64,000 bases of DNA from assembly GCA_016839785.1 (NCBI GenBank), contig JAEOTQ010000177.1:46132-110131 (forward strand). The letters run 5' to 3'. Positions 1-9,703 of this stretch are shown here, one piece after another; the stretch's first letter is position 1; every line of letters starts with the position of its first letter. This DNA is from Candidatus Hodarchaeota archaeon (GTDB lineage: Archaea > Asgardarchaeota > Heimdallarchaeia > Hodarchaeales > Hodarchaeaceae). The notes under the pieces are model-generated. The model worked only from the letters and a program-made list of their open reading frames with translations, made no database searches and was not told the DNA's origin. The position numbers were made by a program, and so were the translations under genes.

Positions 1-1
1 T

Positions 2-691
2 TCCTCCTCTGCTCCAATAATTGAACTGAAAGCTATTAGTAAACACTTTAAAGTAGGTAAAGAGCGAATAGAATTATTTAAAGACCTAGAATTCAACTGT
101 AACGAAAATGAATTCATTATATTTACGGGACCAAGCGGTTGTGGGAAAACAACACTTCTACAAATAATTGCAGGGTTAACACGAGTCGAAAAGGGTATAG
201 TACGTGTATATGATCATAATATAATGGAATTTAATGAAGAGTCGCTTGCCTTATTTCGCTCCTCCACAATCGGCCTAGTCTTCCAGATGGGACATTTAAT
301 AGAAACACTTACAGTGCTAGAAAATATCCTACTTCCCGTGGAATTGGCCCAAAGAGAGGAAAAGGATTATGAAAAACGTGCCTGGGAGTTATTAGAGGAA
401 TTTTACATGTCTCATCGTGCTCATTCACTTCCACGTATGATTAGTGGGGGGGAATATCAACGAGTAGCGTTTATTCGTGCGTTAATTCTAGATCCTCACA
501 TTTTACTGGTCGATGAACCAACAGCCAATCAAGATGAAAGAACTAAGGTAGCAATTTTTCAGAAACTTGCACAGCTTAAAGGTAAAAAAACCATTCTAGT
601 TGTTACGCACTCTCGTGACATATTTCCACATGCTGATCGAATTTTTATCCCTGATAATTTGAAACTGTGTGAAAAAAATGGGATCGCTTAA
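2..691 (+). CDS. ABC transporter ATP-binding subunit (LolD/MacB type), 5' end outside the window
   Basis: Frame is open from position 2, upstream of the ORF-track start at 224. It reads Walker A GPSGCGKTT, then signature ISGGEYQR, Walker B LLVDEPT and H-loop VTHS. Confidence 0.92.
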   Translation, partial: SSSAPIIELKAISKHFKVGKERIELFKDLEFNCNENEFIIFTGPSGCGKTTLLQIIAGLTRVEKGIVRVYDHNIMEFNEESLALFRSSTIGLVFQMGHLIETLTVLENILLPVELAQREEKDYEKRAWELLEEFYMSHRAHSLPRMISGGEYQRVAFIRALILDPHILLVDEPTANQDERTKVAIFQKLAQLKGKKTILVVTHSRDIFPHADRIFIPDNLKLCEKNGIA

Positions 692-2495
692 TATCGCTTG
701 GAAGGATGTCATCAGGAAACCAGAGAGATCCTTTCTCTATATCTTCACTCACTCATTACTAGTCGCTACAGGCATTAATATCTTCCTTATATCTTCTGTC
801 TTACAATTACAAGTTGATCAAGCCACACAAATGTTTAATGGGTCAATCATCAATATTATGGATATGTATCTCCTTTTTTTAACAGGTTTTTCTTTTTTGG
901 CCTCAATTATTTCTGCAAGTGTTCTTGCATCATTACTTGCAGTATCCAGAATGAAGGATTTAGCAGTTTTTCAGTCTCTGGGTGGTACTTTCAAGCAGAT
1001 CCAACGAATTCCCATTGCAGAAATTTTCATAATTACTACTATTGGGGGAATCGTAGGGATTATAGAGGGATCTGTTTTGGGAGCGCTGCTCCTTTCTTTT
1101 TTGGATTTTTCAATTTTACAAATACCTATTTGGGAATTTATACTTTTCTCCTTTTTATTTTTGTTTTTTTCTGCAGTGGGAACTTATTTTGCCGCAGGAT
1201 TTGTTATTAACGTATTTATAAGAAGAAAATTTCGTGAAATCTTAGATAGTCAATATTTTTTAACACCTACACACCCTAAGAGAATTTGGGGAATATCGAC
1301 TAAGAAAAGAACTGCTTTTCGACTGGGCCATCTTCTCCAAACAAGGGCTCGATTGGTATCACGTATTATGATACTAGGTATTCTTGTTCTTACATTGATC
1401 TCCTCATTCGGAATATTAGGGGGATCTATTATACAAAGCACCACGGACACCTACGTGAAACGAGGATATGGAGGAGAGGATGTAGTAATTATTACACCTT
1501 CTCCTTCATTTTCTGATATCATAAAGAGGTGTTATGATCCTCATGAAAAATTAACCTTTAATCCTTCTCCAAATTTTGCGAATGAATTTATCCCAGGAAG
1601 TTTCCTTAGTAATCTACCAAGTGACACAATTTTTGAATCAAGATTACTTGTTTTAGGTACTATTCGCTTGTTGGAAGCTCTTCGAGAAGTAAATGACGTT
1701 ATATCAGCTGTTAATAGTACATTTAATAGTTATATTTGGGGAGTCGATTCATCATTCTCAAGTATTTTCAACTATTATTCAGTCGGTGGTTCATCTGATT
1801 ATCCAACCGAGGATTTCATGTTTATGGCTGATGGATATCACCAGTTCGTTATCCATCAGGGAGTGATGCAGGTAATCCCTAAAACAGCGAATGGGGATGT
1901 ACTTGAACTTCAAAGATTTAAGGTCAGTAAAGTCTTGATGGATCCATTTGCCAAGGGATATTGCACATATTTACATATTAACTCATTATCAGAGTTGAGC
2001 TGGAATATAACTAATACACAGAGAAATGTTGTATTCATCAAAAACCCAAATGAGGATATTCTTAATCTAATCAATATTTCAGGGTTTGATTATTTCTATT
2101 TGAATTCTTATGGGAAAATTTACCAATCTTTTAGTGCTCAATTCTGGTTAGTCTCAAATATCGTTCTTCTCCCAGTTGTTCTATCTATAGGCTTATCCTT
2201 GGTTGCCTTTTCAAGTTTATATATCTTAATTCTAGAAAAGGATCTTTACATCATGCGAGTCCTTGGATGTAAGGCCAAAGTAATGAAACGAGTTATAATT
2301 TGGATAAACATCTTTGTTAGTCTTCCAGGCATTTTTTCGGGTCTTTTACTTGGATTTAGCTCCTCTTATTCACTATTAATTCCTCAACCCGTTCTTCCAT
2401 CCTTTTCTTCTTGGTTTTTGCTTATTTCATCCTTTCTGTTGATAACGATACTCGTAGAACAATACATCAGGCGATTCGTTAGATCTATGAGATGA
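669..2495 (+). CDS. FtsX/MacB-like ABC permease
   Basis: N-terminal IAWKDVIRKPERS; two FtsX-type TM blocks (RMKDLAVFQSLGG, KDLYIMRVLG); overlaps the ATPase gene. Confidence 0.85.
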   Translation: MKKMGSLNIAWKDVIRKPERSFLYIFTHSLLVATGINIFLISSVLQLQVDQATQMFNGSIINIMDMYLLFLTGFSFLASIISASVLASLLAVSRMKDLAVFQSLGGTFKQIQRIPIAEIFIITTIGGIVGIIEGSVLGALLLSFLDFSILQIPIWEFILFSFLFLFFSAVGTYFAAGFVINVFIRRKFREILDSQYFLTPTHPKRIWGISTKKRTAFRLGHLLQTRARLVSRIMILGILVLTLISSFGILGGSIIQSTTDTYVKRGYGGEDVVIITPSPSFSDIIKRCYDPHEKLTFNPSPNFANEFIPGSFLSNLPSDTIFESRLLVLGTIRLLEALREVNDVISAVNSTFNSYIWGVDSSFSSIFNYYSVGGSSDYPTEDFMFMADGYHQFVIHQGVMQVIPKTANGDVLELQRFKVSKVLMDPFAKGYCTYLHINSLSELSWNITNTQRNVVFIKNPNEDILNLINISGFDYFYLNSYGKIYQSFSAQFWLVSNIVLLPVVLSIGLSLVAFSSLYILILEKDLYIMRVLGCKAKVMKRVIIWINIFVSLPGIFSGLLLGFSSSYSLLIPQPVLPSFSSWFLLISSFLLITILVEQYIRRFVRSMR

Positions 2496-2555
2496 GACTC
2501 CTTAGCTTAATCGAATGATTATACAATATAAGCTATAGTTCAAAAATCCCTAAAT

Positions 2556-3164
2556 ATGAGAAATAATGATCAATTTGAGTATATTAAGAAGTATAGACCA
2601 ACAAAATCAGTTTTAAAAGAGAATATTTCGACTGGAGAAGAACTACTTCTCGAAAAACTTGTTCCAGAAATAAGATCTGTTTCAAAGGAAATTAGATCCT
2701 ACCAATGGGTTTTACGTAAATGGTGGAGGAAAATGTTTGGAAATAATAAAGGCCTTATCTTTTTATTCGAGGAAAGCACGGGAACGGGCAAAACTCTCTC
2801 AGCCAGTATTTTAAATGAGGAATTAAAAATTGATCTTTATCGAATTGATTTAGCATCAATCACAAATAAATATATTGGAGAAACGGAAAAAAATTTAAAC
2901 CAATTTCTTGCAAAAGCTGAATCTGAAGATGTGGTTCTATTTTTTGATGAGGCTGACTCATTATTTGGAAAAAGGACGGACATAACTGATGCACATGATA
3001 GAATTAGTAATCAAAAGACAAATTTTCTATTAGAACAGATAAAAAGGTATAAAGGAGTCGTTATTCTGGCAACAAATTCCAAACACCGATTAGATACCGC
3101 TTTTTCTCGTCGTATTCGTCGTGTCATAAATTTTTCAATATTGAAAGATGATGAAGAAGAATAG
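2556..3164 (+). CDS. Single-domain AAA+ ATPase resembling the C-terminal domain of eCIS (Afp15/Pvc15-type) ATPases
   Basis: TGTGKT, LYRIDLASITNKYIGETEKNL, Walker B LFFDEADSLFGKR, SRH VILATN...LDTAFSRR. Confidence 0.85.
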   Translation: MRNNDQFEYIKKYRPTKSVLKENISTGEELLLEKLVPEIRSVSKEIRSYQWVLRKWWRKMFGNNKGLIFLFEESTGTGKTLSASILNEELKIDLYRIDLASITNKYIGETEKNLNQFLAKAESEDVVLFFDEADSLFGKRTDITDAHDRISNQKTNFLLEQIKRYKGVVILATNSKHRLDTAFSRRIRRVINFSILKDDEEE

Positions 3165-3225
3165 AATTAAAAACTGGGTTAGTAATACTTTCCACTTAAA
3201 CTAAAGAGATTTCAGTGACGATCGA

Positions 3226-4548
3226 ATGAATATCGTGGATTTAATCAGACAATGGACATCAAATTCAAAAGATCTCAATCTCAACAAGATTTACACAGAA
3301 TATGGCATTGCTTCTCATCATTATCTCACAGAAATCATTCGGTATTGGAATCACCTTCACTTCATTGTCAAAAAAACACTTAGATCTTTACCGAAAGACA
3401 GTATGAGGGATAAAATAAACATAGAGACTTGTCTTTACCTGTCCTATCGGTATTTTTGGGAGGCAGCACAATTTTCGGATGTTCTCAAAGAACTCACCAT
3501 CGATGAAACGCTTCCAGAGAGAAGTTATTTGCAGACTTTCTATGATAAGCTATCTTCATTCAAGTGGGAAATAGCTCTTCAGAATAAATCGACAACTGAA
3601 AAACTAAGTATCAAATATGCTATCCCTTCCTTTATAATTAACACTTTATTACCTATCATGGATTATACGAATATTACGAAGAATATCAAGGCTATGGATG
3701 AAGGAGCGAGAAATGGAATTTTCTATCTTCGAGTTCAAAATTCTAATGACTCCATCACTCCCTTCACATACGATTTTTCATCCATAATTGAGGAATTCGC
3801 TAGAATTGGTGTGAAAACAAAACCTGACAACGATTTCCCATCTATTCTACAGGTTAGTGTTAAGGATAAGGTAAAAATTCTTAAGAGTAAATATTATAAA
3901 GAAAAAAAGGTCGTTTTTCAGGATAAAGCATCGTGTGCGGCAGTCTTATTACTCGATCCTCAACCTGACGATAAGATTTGCGATTTATGTGCTGCACCTG
4001 GAATAAAGACGAGTTTAATCGCTCATCAAACAAATAATAAAGCATTTATTGTAGCTGGGGATTTTCACCACACTCGAGCTTCTGAAATGGTTTCAGTTCT
4101 CAAGTCGTATAGGGTATCGAACGTACATTCACTACAGTGGGATGGAATACAGCCTCCACTTCAAGATAATTCATTTGATAAGATTCTCCTTGACGCACCT
4201 TGTACTGGTAGTGGAACCTTTACTTCTAATCCAGTCCTAAAATGGAGACAAAACACCCGATTTTTAAGAAGACATATTTTTCTTCAAGAAAAACTCTTGA
4301 AAAGTGCTCTCACTCTTCTAAAAAAAGGAGGAACCCTTGTTTATTCAACATGTAGTCTGTATCCCGAAGAAGGCGAGTATCAAATAGCGAAGATTTCAAA
4401 CGATCAGATTGAGTTTGTAAAGGTACCCTCTTGGTTACCTCCTACCTATACAGTTAATGGTTCGGGAATAAATGGAAGTGGCAGATTTAATCCCGCAGAT
4501 CATCAAACCATTGGATTTTTCGTCTCCAAAATGATAAAAAAACAATAA
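3226..4548 (+). CDS. RsmB/NOP2/NSUN-family RNA m5C methyltransferase
   Basis: FQDKAS, DLCAAPGIKT, ILLDAPCTGSG, LVYSTCSL motifs. Confidence 0.93.
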   Translation: MNIVDLIRQWTSNSKDLNLNKIYTEYGIASHHYLTEIIRYWNHLHFIVKKTLRSLPKDSMRDKINIETCLYLSYRYFWEAAQFSDVLKELTIDETLPERSYLQTFYDKLSSFKWEIALQNKSTTEKLSIKYAIPSFIINTLLPIMDYTNITKNIKAMDEGARNGIFYLRVQNSNDSITPFTYDFSSIIEEFARIGVKTKPDNDFPSILQVSVKDKVKILKSKYYKEKKVVFQDKASCAAVLLLDPQPDDKICDLCAAPGIKTSLIAHQTNNKAFIVAGDFHHTRASEMVSVLKSYRVSNVHSLQWDGIQPPLQDNSFDKILLDAPCTGSGTFTSNPVLKWRQNTRFLRRHIFLQEKLLKSALTLLKKGGTLVYSTCSLYPEEGEYQIAKISNDQIEFVKVPSWLPPTYTVNGSGINGSGRFNPADHQTIGFFVSKMIKKQ

Positions 4549-4702
4549 GCTAAAAATTTAAAACCAATTTCAACGAATTAATTCGAAGATTACATCTTAG
4601 TCCTTGGATATATGTTCTTATCCTAAACCCCACCAAATTTGATATTGTATCAATTTTCAAAAAGGAATTCCCATCAGAATAAACAAGAAATTTCTGTTGA
4701 CT

Positions 4703-4712
4703 AAAAAAAAAA
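4703..4712 (-). terminator. Archaeal oligo-T terminator candidate for the 4744-5625 gene
   Basis: A10 run on + strand (T10 on -) about 30 nt past the stop codon. Confidence 0.45.
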
Positions 4713-4743
4713 GGAGAAATGGGGAGAGTCGCGTGAAAAAGCT

Positions 4744-5625
4744 TTACTCGGAGATAGGAGCATAAAGATCTAAGATAAATGTATCAGGATCTGTGTTATG
4801 GGGATTAACGTGATGCTCTAACCATTGATGAGTTTTTACTAATGTGTACTTAGACTCTGAAACTCTTTCAACGAGTTTACCCCATGTAGGACCGATACTT
4901 TCCACACCTTGGCAACTCATAACCGCGTATAAACCTCCATCAAAGGTTTTTACAGTCATTCCAGATTCTACATCAAAATCGTCAGGGATAGTCACCCAAA
5001 ATTCATACCCATACAGAGGTTGCTCCTTTGTAGGATTAGGGTTATTAAACCCGTAGACCTGATGGATATCAGGTTGGTCAAACATTCCTTTAGGTTTAGC
5101 CCACTTTTCTAGCATACTCTCGGCTTCTCCTTCTGGGGAGTTACTCTCCTTTACGTGAAAGGAAACAACTCTTAGTTTAGAGAGTTGAACTATTTTTAAT
5201 ATTTCTTTTTCTTTACCCATTGTCGGCACTTCTTGACTGATATAGGGATTTGTTTTCCCTATCAGTTGTAAAAGTCGCTCCAGTCGTTGTTGTTCTCTAA
5301 GCTTCGATTCAAGATAACTGTGAGCTATCTTTTCAAGTAAATCGTCACCATCAACTGTTATTTGATAAACACCTTTTTCTTTTTTCTCGATCAGCGATTT
5401 ATCACTTAATACACTTAAATGATGAGCTAGGGCGCTTTTCTGCAGTTCAGTTTTTTCTTGCAAATCCCTAAATGTGATGTGTGCTCCTCCTAGCATCGCT
5501 ATCAACATTTCCAATCGTTTTGGATGAGCTAAAGTATTCATCAGATCCATAATTCCTTCAAGAGAATGTGTCATAAACTCACGAAGGTTTGTTTTAGAGT
5601 TAAACGGTGACTGTGAGGCGACCAT
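4744..5625 (-). CDS. ArsR-type winged-helix regulator fused to a GyrI-like effector-binding domain
   Basis: N-terminal LAHPKRLEML...LQKSALAHHLSVL...GVYQIT; C-terminal YGFNNP...YGYEFWVTIP...FDGGLYAV...WLEHH...LDLYAPI. Confidence 0.85.
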   Translation of the reverse strand: MVASQSPFNSKTNLREFMTHSLEGIMDLMNTLAHPKRLEMLIAMLGGAHITFRDLQEKTELQKSALAHHLSVLSDKSLIEKKEKGVYQITVDGDDLLEKIAHSYLESKLREQQRLERLLQLIGKTNPYISQEVPTMGKEKEILKIVQLSKLRVVSFHVKESNSPEGEAESMLEKWAKPKGMFDQPDIHQVYGFNNPNPTKEQPLYGYEFWVTIPDDFDVESGMTVKTFDGGLYAVMSCQGVESIGPTWGKLVERVSESKYTLVKTHQWLEHHVNPHNTDPDTFILDLYAPISE

Positions 5626-5822
5626 GGGGGTTTACTTTCCTATATTTTTAATCTGTTGTTCCTTGAATATAAGTATTTTTGGATTTAGGCTGAAATAAAA
5701 CTCCTTAAGGCTAATGTTTGGTGGAGGTTACGAACTTACGGAAGTACTGAATATGAATGGAAATAATAATATTTCAATCTTATGCACAAAATCACCGACG
5801 CACAAGGAGAGACCTACCTGAA

Positions 5823-6254
5823 ATGTCCCGTGTAGAACATGCAGTAAGTTTATTCAAAGAAAAAGATAACTGCTCCCAAGCTGTACTAGCTACTTCCGCA
5901 AATCAATATGGAATACAAGAGAAAACAGCTCTTAAGATAGCAGAAGTTTTTAGTGGAGGAATTGTCCGTAAGGGGAATATTTGTGGGGCATTGAATGGCG
6001 CCTTAATGGTTATTGGTCTTCATTATGGAAAAGATAAAGATTCAGATTCAACGCCAAGAAAATCCGTTTATGATGTGGCAGATGAGCTGCTAGAAAAGTT
6101 CAAGAGCCAACATGGAACAGCAAATTGTAGAGAGTTAATCCTCTTTGATTTAACCACTCCTGAAAATAGAAAGCTTGCTCAAGAGATGAAAGTTTTTCGA
6201 AATTGTCCCAAATATGTTGGAAGTGCAGTCGAACTTCTGGAAGATCTTCTGTAA
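5823..6254 (+). CDS. C_GCAxxG_C_C family putative redox protein
   Basis: NCSQAV, FSGGI, ICGALNG, NCREL, NCPKYV. ATG at 5823 preferred over 5757. Confidence 0.85.
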   Translation: MSRVEHAVSLFKEKDNCSQAVLATSANQYGIQEKTALKIAEVFSGGIVRKGNICGALNGALMVIGLHYGKDKDSDSTPRKSVYDVADELLEKFKSQHGTANCRELILFDLTTPENRKLAQEMKVFRNCPKYVGSAVELLEDLL

Positions 6255-6274
6255 GAATCTTCTCTTTTACGGGA

Positions 6275-6865
6275 CTATATTTTCCGAGAAAGTAGTAGCC
6301 CTTTTCCAACAGGTAAAATAAGAGTGTCTACCCGACTATCGGCAAAAACTCTCTCTATAAACGGTTGTAGTTCATCTTCATGACTTATTACATTATCTGC
6401 GATGAAGAATCCTCCCTTCACAAGCTTTGGAACGATCAAATCGTAGCAATCATCATAATACTCCTTTTCAGCATCTAAAAAGCAAAAAGAAATATCAAAA
6501 GCATCCTTTAAATGATCTCTTGCATCTCCGTGTATCAGTTTTACATATGAATCCACTCTAGCCTGATTAAAAGTAGTTTCAGCTAGCTTAATCTTTTCAG
6601 GAAGGATTTCAAAGGTTCTTACTATTTTTTCTAAATAGCGACATGCAAGGATCAGCCATAAAGTAGAATATCCTGCACTCGTTCCAATCTCGATAATCTC
6701 TCCTTCAGGAGCAGATGCTGCTAATAGTGAAAGTAACTTTCCTGATTCAGATGGAATTTGACGTAATCGCTGCAACCTCGGAGTACCGTCCTGTCGATCT
6801 TTCGCATCTGCTTTTTCTAATTGTTCCATTCGCTCTTTAATCAAAATAGGTATTTGATGTAACAT
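6275..6865 (-). CDS. Class I SAM-dependent O-methyltransferase (COMT/CCoAOMT-like)
   Basis: EIGTSAGYSTLW, FLDAEKEYY, GGFFIADNV. Confidence 0.9.
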   Translation of the reverse strand: MLHQIPILIKERMEQLEKADAKDRQDGTPRLQRLRQIPSESGKLLSLLAASAPEGEIIEIGTSAGYSTLWLILACRYLEKIVRTFEILPEKIKLAETTFNQARVDSYVKLIHGDARDHLKDAFDISFCFLDAEKEYYDDCYDLIVPKLVKGGFFIADNVISHEDELQPFIERVFADSRVDTLILPVGKGLLLSRKI

Positions 6866-6903
6866 CCTTTCATCACAACCAATAAATTCACAACATAGGA
6901 ATA

Positions 6904-8019
6904 TCAGTAGAGTAAATGCTTGTTTCCTATATGGACATTATCTAAATACTTTTGTGCGATCTCATAACACCTATTTGCTTGTTTTCGTGGAGTAACAGGT
7001 AAATCGGATAAGAAGGAATCAGGGTGGAATAGTAATAGAGAATAAGGAATAGATCTATCTAATGAGGAGAGAAAACGTGCTATTCCTTCAACCTCATCTA
7101 CGTCCACATATCCAGGTACTAATAATGTAGTCGCACTCAGGAGCGGATAATCTGGTCTAGAGGCATAAAATTTATCGTAACACACTTTGAAATTGTGATA
7201 TGATTGCTGATTAGACACACCACTCAGAACTTCAAACAAGGGCGGAGATGCGTATTTGAGATCAAATTTGGCATTTCCTCCTGATTTTGCAGAAAGCTTT
7301 ACAGCATTAACTATTAATTTCTCATTTCCTGATCCATTCCATTCCCAACAAATACGTAATATTGATCTTGAAGCATCAAGACCACTTAACGCCTTTCTAG
7401 CAGCTCTAATAGCAAACGGTAATTGAGGTTCCGGAGAACCACCAAAAAAACATACACACGATATTCTTGAGTTTGAATTTACTCGTTTCACGAATTTTTC
7501 AACAGAATAATGTTCTGCAGTATCAATATTTCTATGTTGATCATTTTGACATCCGAAACAAGAGAAATTACACCCATATAAGAAACAGGCAAGATTATAG
7601 TACCCAAACTCTGGACCATCTGCATAAGTATAATGAGAGATATGACCATTAGTTCCAGCAGGGCAAAAATAGGTATTACAACAATTTGTAGGAAGAGGAT
7701 CAAGGTACGTATGTAGAAATCCTCCCTTTCCAGCCCGATTTTGAATTGACCCATCATGATTCGATCTAATTCCGCAATAACCTAAGTTTCCCTCAGAAAT
7801 CCTACATTGGTTTGAACATATGTGACATTCCACATCAGACGTATCAGGTACTGATTTGGGCAATTTCCAGACGTTTCGTGCAACCATATGAGAGTCCTTG
7901 GATAATTCAATAGAGTATTCAGGATACTTTCGAATACATTCTGGACAAATGCCAATAAACCCTGCAAAGATCTCTGATCGTTTGTTACATATTTGACATG
8001 TAGAATGCATAGTTTTCAA
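6904..8019 (-). CDS. Radical SAM protein (PflA/AmmeMemoRadiSam-like) with N-terminal Cys-rich region
   Basis: CNFSCFGC [4Fe-4S] motif, CHICSNQC...GYCG, FFGGSPEP, TTLLVPGYVD, VHIGNKHLL. Confidence 0.88.
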   Translation of the reverse strand: MKTMHSTCQICNKRSEIFAGFIGICPECIRKYPEYSIELSKDSHMVARNVWKLPKSVPDTSDVECHICSNQCRISEGNLGYCGIRSNHDGSIQNRAGKGGFLHTYLDPLPTNCCNTYFCPAGTNGHISHYTYADGPEFGYYNLACFLYGCNFSCFGCQNDQHRNIDTAEHYSVEKFVKRVNSNSRISCVCFFGGSPEPQLPFAIRAARKALSGLDASRSILRICWEWNGSGNEKLIVNAVKLSAKSGGNAKFDLKYASPPLFEVLSGVSNQQSYHNFKVCYDKFYASRPDYPLLSATTLLVPGYVDVDEVEGIARFLSSLDRSIPYSLLLFHPDSFLSDLPVTPRKQANRCYEIAQKYLDNVHIGNKHLLY

Positions 8020-8157
8020 TGTAAAATCCTTTCAGCAGTACTTCCTGTAGACTTCACTTACCTAAAAGAAGACAAATATAAAATTCATCTATATTTTTGA
8101 GATTAATATGCTTTATTAGCTTTTAGAATAGAAAAAGAAGATACGGGAGAATAAATT

Positions 8158-8613
8158 GTGGTTTACAAATTTTTAATTGAAGCAATCCATCGTCATTTAG
8201 AAGAAACTGAACTTATTCTGAATCAACTTACCGATGAAGTGGTTCTGAAAGAACCAGTCAGAACTGGTCGTCCATTGGGTGAAATTGTAATACATATTAT
8301 CCGTTCTTTGGAATATTATTCCCAAGGACTTGCGAAAAATATTTGGGAACCTTTAAACTATACTTTAGATAAATATCCTGATGCAAAGAGCATATCATCC
8401 TTATACAAGGATGTTGTAACCAGAACTAAATCTCATCTTGAATCAATCTCACCCCAGACATTAGACGAGGTGTATTCAGAAGGGAATCGCACAGCTACCA
8501 GAGCTGAATTGCTTCTAGAGTTATTAGAACACAGTGTTCAGCACCGGGGCCAATTATTGGTATATTATAGATTATTGGGATTAATTCCAAAAGAAATTCC
8601 ATATATAATCTAA
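8158..8613 (+). CDS. DinB/DUF664 family four-helix protein
   Basis: RPLGEIVIHI and EHSVQHRGQLLVYYRLLG His triad. Confidence 0.88.
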   Translation: MVYKFLIEAIHRHLEETELILNQLTDEVVLKEPVRTGRPLGEIVIHIIRSLEYYSQGLAKNIWEPLNYTLDKYPDAKSISSLYKDVVTRTKSHLESISPQTLDEVYSEGNRTATRAELLLELLEHSVQHRGQLLVYYRLLGLIPKEIPYII

Positions 8614-8651
8614 TACGGGTACTTTAGACCTTTTGAGATGTGATATAGCTA

Positions 8652-9467
8652 GTGTACAAGTATCAAATGACGGTCGCTCGCAAAGATGTACGAACCTGCT
8701 TAACTATATGGAAGAATATATTGTTAGAAGAATTTCCAGAAAAAATCGAGGTAATCTATTCGAAAGGTTCTGCATGTAAACCATGGACATCTGCTATTGA
8801 CTATGTACCTATCATAAGTGATGTTGATATCCACGTTCGTTTTACAAATTCAAACCAAAAGGGCCCCCTTAACCATCTCTCACTGGATAAAGCATTAGAT
8901 ATTTCACAGCAATATGAAAACCTTTTCCTAAACAAAAGAAAGGAATCATTGCATCTACCACGAACTCAGATTGTGTCAGTAAATAAACTCATAGAAGACT
9001 CTTCCTTTATATTTCCCAGATCAGAAGACATATTACTGCTATATGGGTGGTATGACTCTCAAAACCTAGTCGTAGATGACACCATACGCGCTCTGGATAA
9101 AGAAAACGTTTTGACAGATTTTAAATATTTAGAAAATGTACCTGGATCAGTTTTTGATCGCACAGGTCTCGATTATTGGTCTCTTTTTCGTAGAATTAAT
9201 TGGCGTATTTCTCCAGCCCCTGTTAGATTATTAACGCAAATGCTACCTATTTCACCCTATGAAATTTGGACTTGGAACAGAAGCAAAATTGTGAGAGAAT
9301 TGATTAAGCAGGATTTAACATCCTTAGCGAAGTCCTATCAGGACTACTATCTTACAGGATGGAAGTTATTTCTAGCAGACTTTTCTGAAACGAAATATTA
9401 TCGCGAACTCCTCAACCATGGATATTCAGTACTATCGAAAATTTCTCTTATTCTGAAAAATTTGTGA
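8652..9467 (+). CDS. Putative Pol-beta-superfamily nucleotidyltransferase
   Basis: IYSKGS...SDVDIHV (hGS...DxD) followed by a helical C-terminal domain. Confidence 0.55.
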   Translation: MYKYQMTVARKDVRTCLTIWKNILLEEFPEKIEVIYSKGSACKPWTSAIDYVPIISDVDIHVRFTNSNQKGPLNHLSLDKALDISQQYENLFLNKRKESLHLPRTQIVSVNKLIEDSSFIFPRSEDILLLYGWYDSQNLVVDDTIRALDKENVLTDFKYLENVPGSVFDRTGLDYWSLFRRINWRISPAPVRLLTQMLPISPYEIWTWNRSKIVRELIKQDLTSLAKSYQDYYLTGWKLFLADFSETKYYRELLNHGYSVLSKISLILKNL

Positions 9468-9703
9468 ATTGTTAATCAAGTACAAGAAATGACATTAAGG
9501 TTGATCTATATAAGTAGTACTTACGATATCCATTCTATTTAAGTTATTAAGACTCGATTCTGATAAGAGTACTTGATTAGAAAAATCGATATGTAAAACT
9601 AAAGTATTCGCAAAAAAGTCAATACTCGAATATTTTCTCTGGTAACTTTTTTTATATCCGACAATAAGTGTATTGATAACTAGTCTCTCGATTGTGAAAA
9701 ATT

